DNA of 64,000 nt from the human T2T-CHM13v2.0 reference genome, Homo sapiens: the NCBI RefSeq assembly GCF_009914755.1, contig NC_060934.1. One strand, 5' to 3'. Positions within the stretch are counted from its first letter, which is position 1; each line of letters starts with the position of its first letter. Below are positions 1 to 13,952 of this stretch, piece after piece. Under the pieces are notes generated by a model. The model worked only from the letters and a program-made list of their open reading frames with translations, ran no database searches and was not told the DNA's origin. Made by a program: the position numbers and the translations under genes.

Positions 1-91
1 TAAAAAGCATCCATTTTTTTAGGTCAAAAATACAAAACTGACACAAAAACCTAGTTTTTAGGCTTGTATCATTCCCATTTGAAACCTGTGA

Positions 92-205
92 CTTGAAAAT
101 CTTCTGGGAGGATTTCTTAAAATCTGAGTTCTTGAAAATCTTTTGGGTGGATTTCTTAAAATCTGAGTTTAAAATCTTTTGGGTGGATGTTTAAAAATCT
201 GAGTT
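92..205. repeat. Tandem repeat, 39-bp unit, about 3 copies
   Basis: cttgaaaatctt(c/t)tggg(a/t)ggatttcttaaaatctgagtt at 92 and 131, degenerate third copy from about 170. Confidence 0.9.
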
Positions 206-1117
206 ATAGAAAGTAAGAAGCAGAAAGTCAGGATTCTCTCCTTTGGCACAGATGATATAAACATTTGAAAACATTTTCTGGATTTCAGATCATGTAAAAG
301 CAGTTTCTTACTGATATATTTTCTTTTATTTTGTGCCCCAGAAATTTTCATTGGAATTTTTTTAACGCTTTGATTATTTTACTCCTCCTTTTAACATTTC
401 TAAATATTTACTACCATAATCCAGGTTTTTGACAACTTGGTGTGCTAAGATGAATTGTGTATGATGCACTTCTTAGTCAAAGTAAGCTAAGTTCATTACA
501 GCTGAAAAAAATTGTAGGAATTGTCAAAGTATAGAGAGAGAAGACCAAACATTAAATGGATCTTTGTTCTATCCTCTCGCATTCTGATAGCTTTTTACTT
601 ACTTTAAAAGTGTATTGATGAAGTTTAATAAAATTAAGATTTTGATATCTTAACGTGTTCTGAGTCTACTGGGTTAAACAAGTAATTTCTAAGTTAAAAA
701 GCATTAGAGTTGTTGTTTCATAAATCTTGATTAAGTTTTATATACAAATATTCTTCCCAAAACTGAAAAAGTGAATGAAACTGACAACTGGATTGATAGA
801 CAAAAACTCATCCCCCACTTAAGGGGAATTTGAGATATTCCAAGCCTGCTTTAACAGTTTTAAATAATTTATCATAGTCTAAGAGACTTTCTACATCTCT
901 TTGATGTAGGCATCAAAGAGATCTGAAGATGTCAATGTGTTCTACAGCCCATAAAGAATAACCATCGCCATTATCAAATCACCAGTAGGAAGTGGTAGGG
1001 AGCCTGGTGACCTGAGGCCAGTGTAATCACACCCTCAGATTGACATGGGAGTTCTGAGCCAGTCATCGGCTACCATCATGCTTATCCCTTATGTGCATAC
1101 ACTTTATGCAACGTTAC

Positions 1118-1317
1118 CCATATTTCTGTCTTCCCGTTGTTCTTCCTGCACCTCTCAGCCAGCGAGTAGAGCTCCACGGTGGTTTCAGAGATGAGGTCCA
1201 CGTTTTTGCCTTTCACAATGATCTGCATGACTCTTCCCTTGTTGATATGGGCATCAAAAGTGCTGTCCCAGGGTGGGTACATGGTAGGCTTTTTCTGGAT
1301 ATACATCTGCCCGTTCT
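1118..1317 (-). CDS. PRKCQ: Protein kinase C theta, second coding exon (aa 40-106, C2-like domain, includes Tyr90)
   Basis: Translates to ENGQMYIQKKPTMYPPWDSTFDAHINKGRVMQIIVKGKNVDLISETTVELYSLAERCRKNNGKTEIW. Acceptor tttctgttcctag|AG, donor TGG|gtaacg. 118+200 = 318 nt, in frame with the ATG exon. Confidence 0.97.
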
Positions 1318-4300
1318 CTAGGAACAGAAACGTAAGGTCTCATTATTCCTTCAGCCAGGCCTGGAAAATAATTCAGTTCAACTCAACAGTAGCACCTGCT
1401 CCCTCTGTTCTCTGGGATATAGAATTCTGTTGGGAAGACAAAAGTAGCACATAAACAATCAGAGACAATATGGGACAGAATGAGACAGTCCCCGGGTCCA
1501 GATGCAAGGTGATGCATTGAACCTTATAAGTCCAGCGTTGATAATTCAGACAACAATCTGCTAATGCCTTGGACTGGAAATTGTTACCAAAACACCAGGC
1601 ATTCTAAGTTCTGCTGCTCACCGCACAGAAAGCCAATGACTGAGATGACGAGAATTGCCAAGGAAGAAGGCTTTAGTTGGGTGCTGCAGCCGAGGAGATG
1701 AGAGCTCAGTCTGAAGTCCATCTCCATGACCAACTAAAACTAGGGATTTATATAGCAGGGAAGAAATGTAACTTTGTATGAGAAAACAGGAACTCGGGAG
1801 GGGTAAGTAAGCAATCATGATGAACCAGGGGCCTGGCGCTTCAGTCTCTGGATGCCATGATCTGGTGAGTTTCAGTTCTTTAATATTTTTTTTGAGAGGT
1901 GTGGGGATCCTTTCTTGAGGAAGAAACTCAGATAAAACAAATGTAAATTCCAAGCTTTAAGATCAGAAGGGTCCATTTCTATAATCAGCCAAAAACAACT
2001 GTCTATGGGACTATTGGGTTGGTTTCAAAATGTTATTTTCCTATTCAACAGTTAGTTGCTTCACTCTGGGTTTAAACACCTGAGCAACAAACTTTTTAAA
2101 AAATCTTTTATGCCTTTGAGATTCTCCTTTATTAATCTGTAGTGTTGATCCTATGACTGATTAACCTCACTGGCCCCAGCTTAAACATAGTCAATACAAA
2201 ACTACTGTGTGTTCATCTGAAAGACATAGTGGCGTAATTTCAGCGCATAATGAATGCTCCTTTAAGAAATATTTACATTTTTTTCCATTTGACATAAATA
2301 CAGTAAGAGACAATGATCTTTAAAACATAATGAGCCATTATTTCCTTCTCTAATTCTTGGGTGAAGATACATTTTACATGTACCATGCACCCTCAGCAAA
2401 AGCTGATGAGCAAGTCAGAGAGGTGGTGCTGATCTTTACCCATGGAGCCAGCAAGGCTGAAGCCGACTGCCAGCCTGCAAGTGAGTAAAGGCAGGTAGGC
2501 AGGAGCCCTGGAAATAGTAACAAATCTGTAGACAGGAAGGTCAGTCTAGGGGAAACCTCCCTAAAGCCGCTCTGTGATTGGCAAAGAGTTTACTAATTAA
2601 GAAGTTTTTTCTTGTCTTTCACGCACATTGGATTTTCTCTGGTATTTATTCTTTAATCATTTCAGAAGCAGAAACCTGCATTTGAGTGTTTGTTTCTTGT
2701 GACATAAGCACATTAAGTGGCAGATTTAGCAATTCAGAGATGTCGATTAAGCAAAAGGGGAAAAATCTGCTTAAAGCCAGGAAATAAAGCCCTTCTAACT
2801 TTCGAGGGCCCCTTCTGTCCAACACACAAAGCTAAACAGAGCAGACATTTAGCATTTGTTAAATTAATATTTATTTCGGGGGTATACAAGGAGTTGAATA
2901 AGCTTGAAACTCAAATGTTAGATAAACTTGGCTAGGAAAGACATAAACCATGAGACTACTAAACGTGGAATAGAAAGGGGACATTTTTTGTGGGTTGGTA
3001 AAAAAAAAATTGGACTGGAGATTGGGCTTTTTAGAAACCAACGGCAATATTAATGATCACGGTAACATTTTACTTCCACAGACCTGAAGCTTCCCTTTCC
3101 GATACTTCCTTTTGATGGTAACCATTCTCTGTGCCTGGAGAAAAGGGCCAAAAATACCCTGAGAAGGGGCAAAAGTCCCCAAAGCAAGGCACTTTTTACA
3201 TTTTCATTCGCCACGTTTGTAATCACCTAAACAGAGGGCCCTATCTATGTAGAGTGTTACCGTTTTAACGACTCACAACCCCGCAGCCCCGTAGCCTGTT
3301 TGTCCTTGTTCTGTTGGCTCATTGTGGAAAATGCAGCCTTACACCCCAAGAACTGAAATGTGTTTAAATCCTGTAGAAGTAAATATTGAATGATAATATT
3401 CAGAGTGATTTCTTTTCAGAACAAGCCCAAAATAAAATCAAAAGCAAAAATCTCTAAACTCCCTCCAACTCCACAGGCTAATATTTAGGAAAACCAGTTT
3501 CCTTCTTTTCTGACAAGGACTCTCGATCCACATGGCTCATTAGACCAAGTTCAAAGGCAAGGCCAAATGCAAAAAAAAAAAAAAAAAAGCCCTCAGGAAG
3601 CAAATGTCAGGGAGACCTGAGATGGTAAAGAGAACTGGATCCAGGAGACCCATTAAGTCAAAGGCGGCTTTGAAAAACTCAGACGTTTTACACTTCAAAG
3701 ATGTCTGTGACATCTGAAAGGTTTTAGGTTGGGAGCAAGTGGCATTCACACTTTTAACTAAACAGGAGAGAACTCTGGGCAGAAAGGAAATCAAGATGAT
3801 TCAGACAGTCTCTCTGGCTTTGATGTGTTCAGAGTGGCTGGAAGGACAAAGTCAGCTGTGAAGCAAAAAGGCTTTTGGTGGGGGATGCAAAATAGTAGGT
3901 TTGGGAACCCCAGAATCTGAACTCTGAGCATCTGGCAGGAGGTTCTCAAAGTCTGAGTCAGTTTCTTCTTGTATCTGCAAATGTCCCTCACTCACAGGCC
4001 TTTGCAGGACAACCCTATATAAAATAACACACATCCCTGCCCCCAGTCCCTCTCTTCTTTACACTGCTTTTTGTTCCTTCATTACCTGCTGTTTGTATTT
4101 TTGTTTATTGCCACTTTCTTCTGCAAGAATAGATGCTCTAAAGGGAAGGCAGTCTTCCTGAGTTCCTTCAGCTTACTTGTTTGACTTTTTTTCCCTCTAT
4201 GCTCTGGTCCCAGCACTCTTGCAGTGGTCTCTCCGTAAACACTTTTGTGTAAGTGAACTGTGATGGCTTCCATAGTTACTGCAAGCCTGCATCCATCATC

Positions 4301-5138
4301 ATTATCATTCCCTACAAAGTGTCTGCTAAAATCAAAATGCACGTAGGGAAACAAGAAAAGGTGTGCAGTCAGGAGAGTTGTGGGATCTAAACTCCCTCCT
4401 ACTTTTCCTTTGGAAATCCGTGGCAAACTTCCAATGCAGAGGTGAAGATCTTGGAGAGTGGAAGCCGGCCGACGTGACCACAGAGACATTCCCTACACAT
4501 AAGACTGTTGGAATGGAACATTCTGAACCCACAAACAGGACGTTGGGTGGCTGTCCCACTTTCCCCCTCACCTTGAGCTGCCTGTATTTGAACTTGATGA
4601 AACATCACTATTCTTTCATTCAGCCAAGACCTTAGTGAGTGCAAAAGTACGTTTTCTGAAATTTGGATTCTAATGGCTAATTATAGATGCTTTGTAATAT
4701 CCACTGAAGATTTGCCAAAGCAGCAGTAAGCAGTCTTTAGAGTTGGTTGGAAGATTATGCAGTCTTAATCTACCTAGACTTATTTAAAGTAACCAGGCTT
4801 AACCACATAGGGCTATGTTCTACTTCAGCTCATTAGAGTTCCTTCCCATTAACTCCTTATGTAATTTCCTCAACCCAGCTTTCTCTTTCCCTTTGTATAT
4901 GTGGGAAAAATGATACAGTGCAATAGAGCACCGGTGGGCCATCGGGTCCTGGTTTAGAGTCCATCACGAAATGTGTGTCCATGAGGAAGTCCTTGGCTTT
5001 GCTGGGCATCAGTGTCCTAAATGGCAGGATTTGGTTCCACCAGATGATGTCAAATGTCCTGGAAGACCTTGCTTCATACACAGTTCATAGCAGGATTCTC
5101 CTCCTCCTCCCCCGCTTTGAAAATCCCCTCAAGCTTAC
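1318..5138 (-). other. PRKCQ: PRKCQ intron between the two coding exons (3821 nt, GT-AG, phase 1)
   Basis: Bounded by canonical splice sites. Confidence 0.95.
1582..2027 (-). mobile_element. ERV1 solo LTR (LTR15/LTR26-like), sense to PRKCQ
   Basis: TG...CA termini and 4-bp TSD AAAT (1578-1581, 2028-2031). Minus strand starts TGAAACCAACCCAATAGTCCCATAGAC. TATATAAA at 1754-1747. Confidence 0.8.
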
Positions 5139-5256
5139 CTGATTCGACATACTCTTTGACGAGCACAGCACAGTAAGGGTTAACAGCCTCGCCCTGACAA
5201 GACTGGCAGGACCCGCAGTCAAAGTTGGACAAGCCAATCCGAAGAAATGGCGACAT
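5139..5256 (-). CDS. PRKCQ: Protein kinase C theta, first coding exon (aa 1-39 plus 1 nt); whole exon 5139-5265 includes 9 nt of 5' UTR
   Basis: Translates to MSPFLRIGLSNFDCGSCQSCQGEAVNPYCAVLVKEYVES, the PKC-theta N-terminus. Acceptor tttttccag|GGCGCAACCATG, donor CAG|gtaagc, ends in phase 1. Confidence 0.97.
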
Positions 5257-7706
5257 GGTTGCGCCCTGGAAAAAGACAAAAGACAAACGCTGTTTGGGGG
5301 CTATAAAAGATATTATTTTTGGTGCCCCATGTCTACTTAACCAGTGCTTTATCATGGACAGCCAGAACCTCACATAGGTCCACTATCCATGTGAACAAAT
5401 GTTTTCACTTCCCCTTCTGCAGAGGACACTGCTGGACTCACCCAAAACCACACACTGACTTGCTGAGGGGAGAGGCTTTCTGGAAGTCTGCACTCAACCT
5501 TGCTTTTGAGAAGTAACTCAAGAGTTAGTTCCATTCAACCTAATGGAGTTAGGCCCAATGGTTGGAGAGTGAGGCAAAAGTTTTCCAATATTTTATGTCT
5601 TCTGTTATTCAAGTAGGTGCCCAGGAAACAGCACACAGTAATCAGAAAATGAGTTTATATAGAGCGAGTCTATTTTAGTCACACTAGTTAAATATGACAC
5701 CGCAAAATTCTTACATGGTCTATTTATGTGTGTAATGGGATTGGCCCAAGGCATTCGGCAGCTGATCCTTATTTACTCTGGACATTTTCAAAAAGGTCTG
5801 CTTTCTTCACAGTTACACACACACACACTCTAAGCCTTTGAACATCACAAACCACGTAGAAAACTCCAAACTAATTGACTACTATAAAATAGGGCTTTCT
5901 CATATAAGGATGAACAAAATACTTCATAAAAGCCCAAAAATCAGTAATTATGCTTTCCAAGAGGTTTAGATGATAGTTATCAAAGTGTTAGCTACAAATC
6001 CAGGAATCTAGTCTAATTCTTCATCTATTGTTCCATTATTGAGTGTTCTGGCCACTTATGTGAACTAGATACCTCTTCTTTTTTACCTACTTTTCCGAGG
6101 TCCCATTAATCTGAAACTATCATCTGATATTCAGCAAAAAAGTTACTTCCTTGCTCCGTCTCTCTTTTTGATGATTTATACTTATAATTTTTTCTAAGCT
6201 TTCATAAGTAAGCCAAAGATAAGAAACAAAGCATTGATTGTCTTTTCTGCCTTTGTATAAAGAAAGAAAACTATTTGAAATAATAAAGACCTGGAAGGAG
6301 AATCAGTAACATACCTGGAGATCTTGGGCCTGTAATACCTCATCTATCTAAGACAAAAGGGATCTCCAGTATGCTAAATACCAGTGTTCTTTGACTCCAC
6401 AAGAGAGACAAATTAGGAGCTTTTGACAGGCATTAATTTCACAGATATTAATGAAGTCCTAATTTCCTGCAGAGTTTGGAAGTTTTATCTAAAGGAGACG
6501 GTTGGGTAAACATCATGATTTGCTGGGTTCCGTATCTGTCACGTTGCTGAATTAGCAGGTAGATGACTTACAAATTTGTCTTTAGGAGGCGCCCTTTGCC
6601 CTGTGAGTTTAGAATTCCCAGGCAGGAGCGGGGCTAACAGCTGTGAGTTCTCTGGAGAGAGTTTCTTTGAGAATCCCTTCTTTCCTGGGCCAATTGGGTC
6701 TTTTAGACAAAACTTCATTTCTCCACAAATCAGGAAAAATCACTAAGAATCATCTTCAGTTACGGGAGTTTTTGCCCTGTCGGGACTTTCTGAAGATTTC
6801 CTTAATTCTGTTTGAGTCTAGAGGGATCACTAACTCACAAAGCCAGAGTTAAAGCACCCTGACCTTTTCTGGTGTCACCCTGCTATTCCCAGGGTGGGTT
6901 TCTAATCAGGCAACAGTAGCCCAGCAGGCGTCTGGGAAATGCTGCCCCAGGAAGAGAAGATGGAAACCTCCAGGGTGACCAGGGCTTCCATTACAGCAAG
7001 GAAGAGAGTTGGGGCAAAACCCTCTGTCCCCCTGAAGGTCTTCCTAGACAATGATTTCTTACTTAATAAGCAATGCAGATTAAACGGCCGTTTCACCAGA
7101 TTCACTTGCACTATTCTGTAAAGGTCTGCTCACAGACCTTTAGAAATGTATGTCAGACATGACCTGACATACACCTGACATCTAGAAGACAGAATAGGTA
7201 TTTGTGTGGTAATCTTCACACATCATTCAATAGAACCGCAAGCTCAGGTGTGAGTTTTTCAGGCAGATGGCAGCGTTTTACACCCGAACTACACAGAGTG
7301 CTTTTCTCTGTGTAGTTCAGAGCACTTTTTAGGTGATCATGATGAAAAATAAAGAAGACACACAAAGTTAGTAAAAAGTCTCTCCAGATTTCCACCAATA
7401 AAAGAAATCAGTTACTATTCTGATCTATTTTCCCTAGTCTTTTTAAATTAGCAAGTTTTGTGTTTTTTTTTTCTTACATGCTATGATCATCCTGTGGGTA
7501 TGGAATTATATTTGGCTTTTTAAGTTAACATTTTACTATAAAATTTTTTTCAAGTTTCTCTGACATTTTCTCAGGCTTCCTTGTCATTCTTGCATGACAT
7601 CCTATTGACAGTAGCTCTACGATCTGCGTTACTAAAGTCTGTAGCTACATATTTAGTCTGTTTCCAACTTCTACATGCCAGAAAAAAATGCATCTTTAAG
7701 ATAGCA

Positions 7707-7742
<36 letters not shown>

Positions 7743-7979
7743 CCTTTCCCAGATTTAGGGATACTGCATCAGACTGGATCACCAGAGTATTACAATATTA
7801 TTTATCAAGTGTTATTCCTATTGGTAAGGTCTTATACATTTAAAGAAAATAACCAAACTTAACAGTAAAGACCTACCCAGGGAAATAGCTATGGTTAGTG
7901 TAACAGAAGTAAGTAAACGCCATTCTTACATAATATGGGTATATAAATTTGTAAGAAAGGCACTGTTTATGACCCAAGA

Positions 7980-8330
7980 AAATAAATTGCAAAGGCACAA
8001 GCTATACAGGATACAAAAATCATAGTTCCAACTAATTGTGGAAAAATGTTTAGCCAGGTGAGCAATTTAAGACATGCAGAATAAGATACTATGTAATTGC
8101 ATGTACCATTCCTGAAAAGACAAAACTATATGAAGAAAAACATCAGTGGTTGCCAGGAGTTGCAGCAGGGAGGAGCAGCATGAGCAAATTTTGGGGAAAG
8201 ACAGAACTGTTCTCCGGCTTGATTGTTCTAGTGGTCACAGAAGTCTAGACTTAAATTCACAGAACTACACCAAGCCAAAAGTCAATTTTACTGTATGATA
8301 ATTCAAAAACCAAAAGAAAAGAAATATATG
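7980..8330 (+). mobile_element. Old L1M 3' fragment
   Basis: Degenerate L1M 3'-end motifs (cagtggttgccagg, cttgattg...gtggtcaca, aattttactgtatg). Confidence 0.5.
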
Positions 8331-8655
8331 CAATTGGTATTTTAAGGCATGTGTTATAAATACAGAGATTATAGAGGTAAAGTAAAAAGAATATATATGA
8401 AAAAGCTGCATATTAAATTAAAATCTTAAAGTAATCAAATTACTAAAGGGAAATGATCAGATCTTTTAAAAAATTAAAATAGCTTTGGTTCTGTGGTATT
8501 TAAGCTCTTTTGAACATTTGCAGTTAGGCAAACACAGCTGAGAATAAAATAACATTAGAAATTAATAATGCATTTTATTTGAGGAAAAATTAACATTTTA
8601 AGTCCTAATTTAAGCTGTAAAAAGAATTATAATATTTAAAATATATAATAAAATA

Positions 8656-9052
<397 letters not shown>

Positions 9053-9443
9053 TCATACACTTTCATACAATGCTGCTGGGTATGTAAATTACCACATTTA
9101 ACAGATATACACACCTGTGTATATGTAAGTATATATGTGTGTGTTTATGTATGTATATGTGTGGATGTAAAAATATGCGTATCTATCCATCTATATTAAG
9201 AGCCAAGAAGATGTGTAATGAATACACAAGAAAGAAATTAACATAAAAGATTTTCATGGGTTGCCTTTTGGTGTTCGGAGCAGATAGTAGGGGGAAGGGG
9301 ATTTCCCTGGGTGTTTAACCAGAAATGAGAGTTTCTGTAGACAAAAATATGTGCTGGAATAGCCTGCCTCAGGACTAAGCTGTGTGATCTGTCCTCTGTG
9401 AACTCTAAATTTCAGTCGGTCTCATCTTCACTCTCCATTCACG

Positions 9444-10140
9444 TGTGATCTGAGAGACCAAGACAGTTGCCCCTTCATCAGCTAAGATGGATTCTAAGGT
9501 TAAAGAAACAAAAGTTACCCAGGGGTCGAGGATTCAGGGCTTGGCTGGCATCACAACCTCCTAAATTCCTACAGCTACAGGAAAAGCCACACCCTTGTTA
9601 GTCTCCCTAATAACAAGAATAATCAGGCGAAGTTTGAGACTCTTCCTAACTCTGATTTACAACCCAGACCCCTGCAACTCTGATTGGACAGGGAACCAGG
9701 CTTCCAGGCATTCTTTCTTGATAAGCAAATGCAGACCCCAAGCCAGTTTCAGCAGCTTACAGGTGCTGCACACTAAATGTCATTGTGTCCTATCATTTGC
9801 CTTTTGATGTAAAGAGCCAAATTTAGGATCTAATTTTAATGCTACAACTGTGCCCCAAAGTGAACATGGGATGTATGTTGGACATATGTTTACCCCTGGC
9901 ACCTGCACTTAACTCCCCTCATAAATATGTATAGATTTTTCCCCAAAGCTTTCTGAATATATCTGACTCTATTGTGTAATATGGAACCTGGGAGGCATAA
10001 AACCAGCCTGCACTTTCCCTCTTTGAAGAGAGAGCACCTTCCATACACGCCAAAGACTGTCTCTTCCCGGTGTGCAAACTGATATTGCCAATAAAGTTCT
10101 TTTCTACTGTTCAGCCATCCTGGTGGTCTATTGTGTAACA
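9444..10140 (+). mobile_element. ERV1 solo LTR (MER39-like)
   Basis: TGTGATCTGAGAGACC...TGTAACA termini, AATAAA near 10090, TSD CACG/CATG (CpG-decayed). Confidence 0.8.
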
Positions 10141-11489
10141 CATGGTAGTCTCATACTTTATGACAACAATCTATGCACAAGAAGACTGACTGGCCAGGCT
10201 GTTCCGAACAAGGCAGGGGCTAGGTCCCCCCATAGACCCCTTGTCTGAGCAATAAAGTCACGCATTCGACTCTCTCCTGGAAATCTCCAAGGGGACCCCA
10301 AACTCACCAGGTCCCATACAGAACTCCCTGCCTTCCCTTTCAAACTTGCCTCTTCCTTCATTTTGCCAGCTCGGTGCTGGGTGCCGCGACGCCCAGCCCT
10401 CACCCGCTGCTTCAACTTTACCCTTCCCCTTGTGCCTCACGACCCACTTGCTTCATCTCCTGCTCCACCGATTCTGCACCACCTCTCTTGTGACTCACAG
10501 CAGCTTCTTACCCTGCCTCCTCTGTCCAGCCTTGGTCACCTCTCAGTCTCCATCCAATCTCCATGCTCCAGCCTGAATGATCTTAGGATCTTGCAAAACT
10601 GCTGCTGTTTCTCCAATGTGCCATGTGTTTCACAGCTTCAGCCTTCTAGGAAAGCTGCAACCTCTCCCTGGAACGCCTCCCTGTTTCACTCCATCCTCCC
10701 TGCCCCCTTCCTCATCTTTCAAGTTCCTGTTCAGTCTCTAGCTCCTCTTGGAAGCCTTCCTTCCCCTCCTCTAGAGCCCTCCCATCAACACATCTCCATG
10801 GGAAGTTCTCAGCCCTGGCTCCTGCAGTTCTCTGAGTGCACTGCTAGACAGCACCTGTCATATTGATTTGCGTCACACCTGCCATTTCTACAGTCCGAGT
10901 GGGGTTGATCCTGTGGCTCCCAGCTCTCAGCCCTCTAATGTGGGGACTTATAGAGCCCCACCAGGATGTCGCCTACTTGATTCTTGAGATGCTACATACA
11001 CTCAGAAGAGGGGTTTGACTCCAACTACACAAGTCTCTCTGGTCTCATCTGCAATACATTCAGCAAAAACTCCTCAGAACGAGTGCATTTGGGTGCCTTA
11101 CTTCCCTCATCCCCAGTGAAGATAAACAATTTCCCTTTGTGATCACATTCCTTTGGAGATGTGGTCAGCTTGTGGGATAGGGGAAGAGACAGAGTGCCAG
11201 CGCCCATGCTGCTGTATTTCCCTACAATGTGCAGTTGGATTTATGGGTTCACGTCTGTCTTCCTCAACAATTCCGAGAGAAGGGGCCATGACTTCATCAT
11301 CTATGTGCCTCCAGAGCTGATCCCCCTGTCTGATATATGCTAGAGACTCTGCATTTTTGCTTAGGGAGTTCATTTTCAAAAGCAACATTTTACCAAATCT
11401 CTTCATCTCATGCATTTGTTTTACTTGCAAGAGAATACAATGGTCAAATTAAGTGACAGACAATTACAGAGGGAGTCAAGAGCAAAGGA

Positions 11490-11711
11490 TTCAGCCCAGC
11501 ACTTGTTGTAAACAAAAGATCGATGCCCTCATACACTGAACTGCTGGAGTTATTTAAACTCTCTAAGCCTGCTTTCTCATTTGGAAATCACTGATAATAC
11601 TATTACTCATCCCAAAGAGCCATGAGGATTAAATGGGCAAATACACACAAGGTGCTTAGAATGGGGCTGGCTCAAAGTAAATGCTCAATAAATGTTAGTT
11701 ATTATTATTAC
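11490..11711 (+). mobile_element. MIR
   Basis: MIR core and end (tgaggattaaatg...tgctcaataaatgttagttattatt). Confidence 0.75.
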
Positions 11712-11899
11712 AACTCTGATATATTTTCTAATGGGCCTTCTCAACTTCATTGGTGTGTACCAAAAAGAGCAGGAGGAAAGTAGAAATAGTCTTTCAGGAG
11801 CATATCTGGGTTAAATTATGTGACCTTCCTCTGCACTCTGCTACGGAGCTCCCACAAAACCCTCCATCTATCTCTTGCAGAGCACTTACTACCCTCTGA

Positions 11900-12360
<461 letters not shown>

Positions 12361-13287
12361 CCTATGTACTTTAAAATTACAAAGGATCTTTACTCTTAGA
12401 GGCTCACTATTTTCAGCTTTAAGTGTGATCTCATTTGTCTTTTGTGTGTAGCTTCGATGCAGGTACATGATCAAGTATAATTGCTCAGTGCTTTAGGTCA
12501 CACGCTATTATGTACTGAACTGAGAATTCTGGTCTTTTGATTCTCTGGACACTGACTCACCTATTTAGCTAGGCTGATTCACCCTCCACAATTCAAACTC
12601 CCAGAATGCGTTTATAGAGATGCTGAGGATGTCCACATAACTGAACCTGATGGGGACAAATTCCATATAAATAGAAAGCAATAGAAGTATAATATACTCT
12701 CATCAATTGAAAAAAATATCAAGCATTCTCTTCCTCAGTAGCAAATGAAATAAGAAATAGCAAACTTCTTCATTTAATAAAATGTTTGGACAGCATTTGT
12801 ATTACTATAATTTAGTGGGAGATGGCTCAGTGTTGGGGGAGAGTCTCACAGAATTAAAATAACAATAGTCATCACTTGTATCAAAACCTCTCACATGTGG
12901 AAGAAAGAACACAGATTAATCAATAGTAAATTTGGGAATGAGAAACAAAGCATTCAATGGTTTCCAATTACATCTGCTCAGCCAAATTTGGTAAACATCA
13001 ATTCAGAAAAATTTTGGCAAATTAAGCTACACCAATAGCTTTTGCATTTCTTTATGAGATAGAAAGGTTTCTTAGGTAAAAGTGACTGCTGTTAAAAGAA
13101 ACATAAAAAAAAACTTTTTCACAATGTGCACAGAAGAAAGATGATAACTAGTAAAAAAAAAAATCACATAGTTGGGTAGCGTTTTGCTTTGTTGCTAAGA
13201 CTTCTACTAAGTAGTATAATAAAGAGATTAAATATTAGCTTTCACCAACAAAAATGGTCTCAAAAGTGAATTAAAATAGTAAGTATG

Positions 13288-13592
13288 GGCCAGGTGCAGT
13301 AGCTTATGCCTGTAATCCCAGCACTTTGGGAGGTTGAGGTGGGAGGATCACTTGAGCCTAGGAGTTTGAGACCAGCCTCAGGAACAATGCAAGACCCTGT
13401 CTCTATTTTTTCTTTTTTTAATTAGCTGGGCATGGTGGCACACACCTATAGTTCCGGCTACTCGGGAGGCCAAAGTGGAAGGATCACTTGAGCCCAGGAT
13501 GTCGAGGCTGCAGTGAGCTGTGATTGCACCACTGTACTCCAGCCTGGGCGACAAAGCAAGACCCTTTTCAAAATAATGATAATAATAATAAA
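13288..13592 (+). mobile_element. Alu (AluJ-like)
   Basis: ggatcacttgagcc in both arms, (AAT)n tail. Confidence 0.93.
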
Positions 13593-13952
13593 GTATAAAT
13601 TGAAGATAATATTTTAAAATAACCCCTACAATACAGTGACAAAGGAAACCGAAGGCTAACAGTCAACCCTCAGTCAGAACTAGAGATGAAGGAGGCTTCG
13701 TGGACAGACCAAGTGTTGCCCTCCTGCCTGCCAACATTAACAACACTCTGCACTTTCCCCCAAAAAACCAACAATAGTGTTGAAGTTAAACCTTGAAATA
13801 TAGAAAATAAAACACCTGGGATGACATTATTAATCTTCTGACACAAATTTTAATAGGTTACATGAATAGATAGTCCCACTAAGGCATAGCCCTGGTCAAG
13901 TTACACTGTTACTTAAGAAAGCTGTCCCAGTGTTTGTTGAGTTAAAGCCTAA

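Noticed and set aside
1618-1953. 111-aa ORF in the LTR listed in the ORF track
   Set aside because: It is in a different frame from the 1727 ATG frame, stops at the donor and does not join the PRKCQ frame.
1118-5265. Circular RNA from the two coding exons
   Set aside because: The long upstream intron fits, but no complementary repeat is visible downstream within the window, so it cannot be supported here.
5074-5373. 99-aa ORF extending the ATG exon at both ends
   Set aside because: The extensions read through canonical splice sites; the real coding part is 5139-5256.
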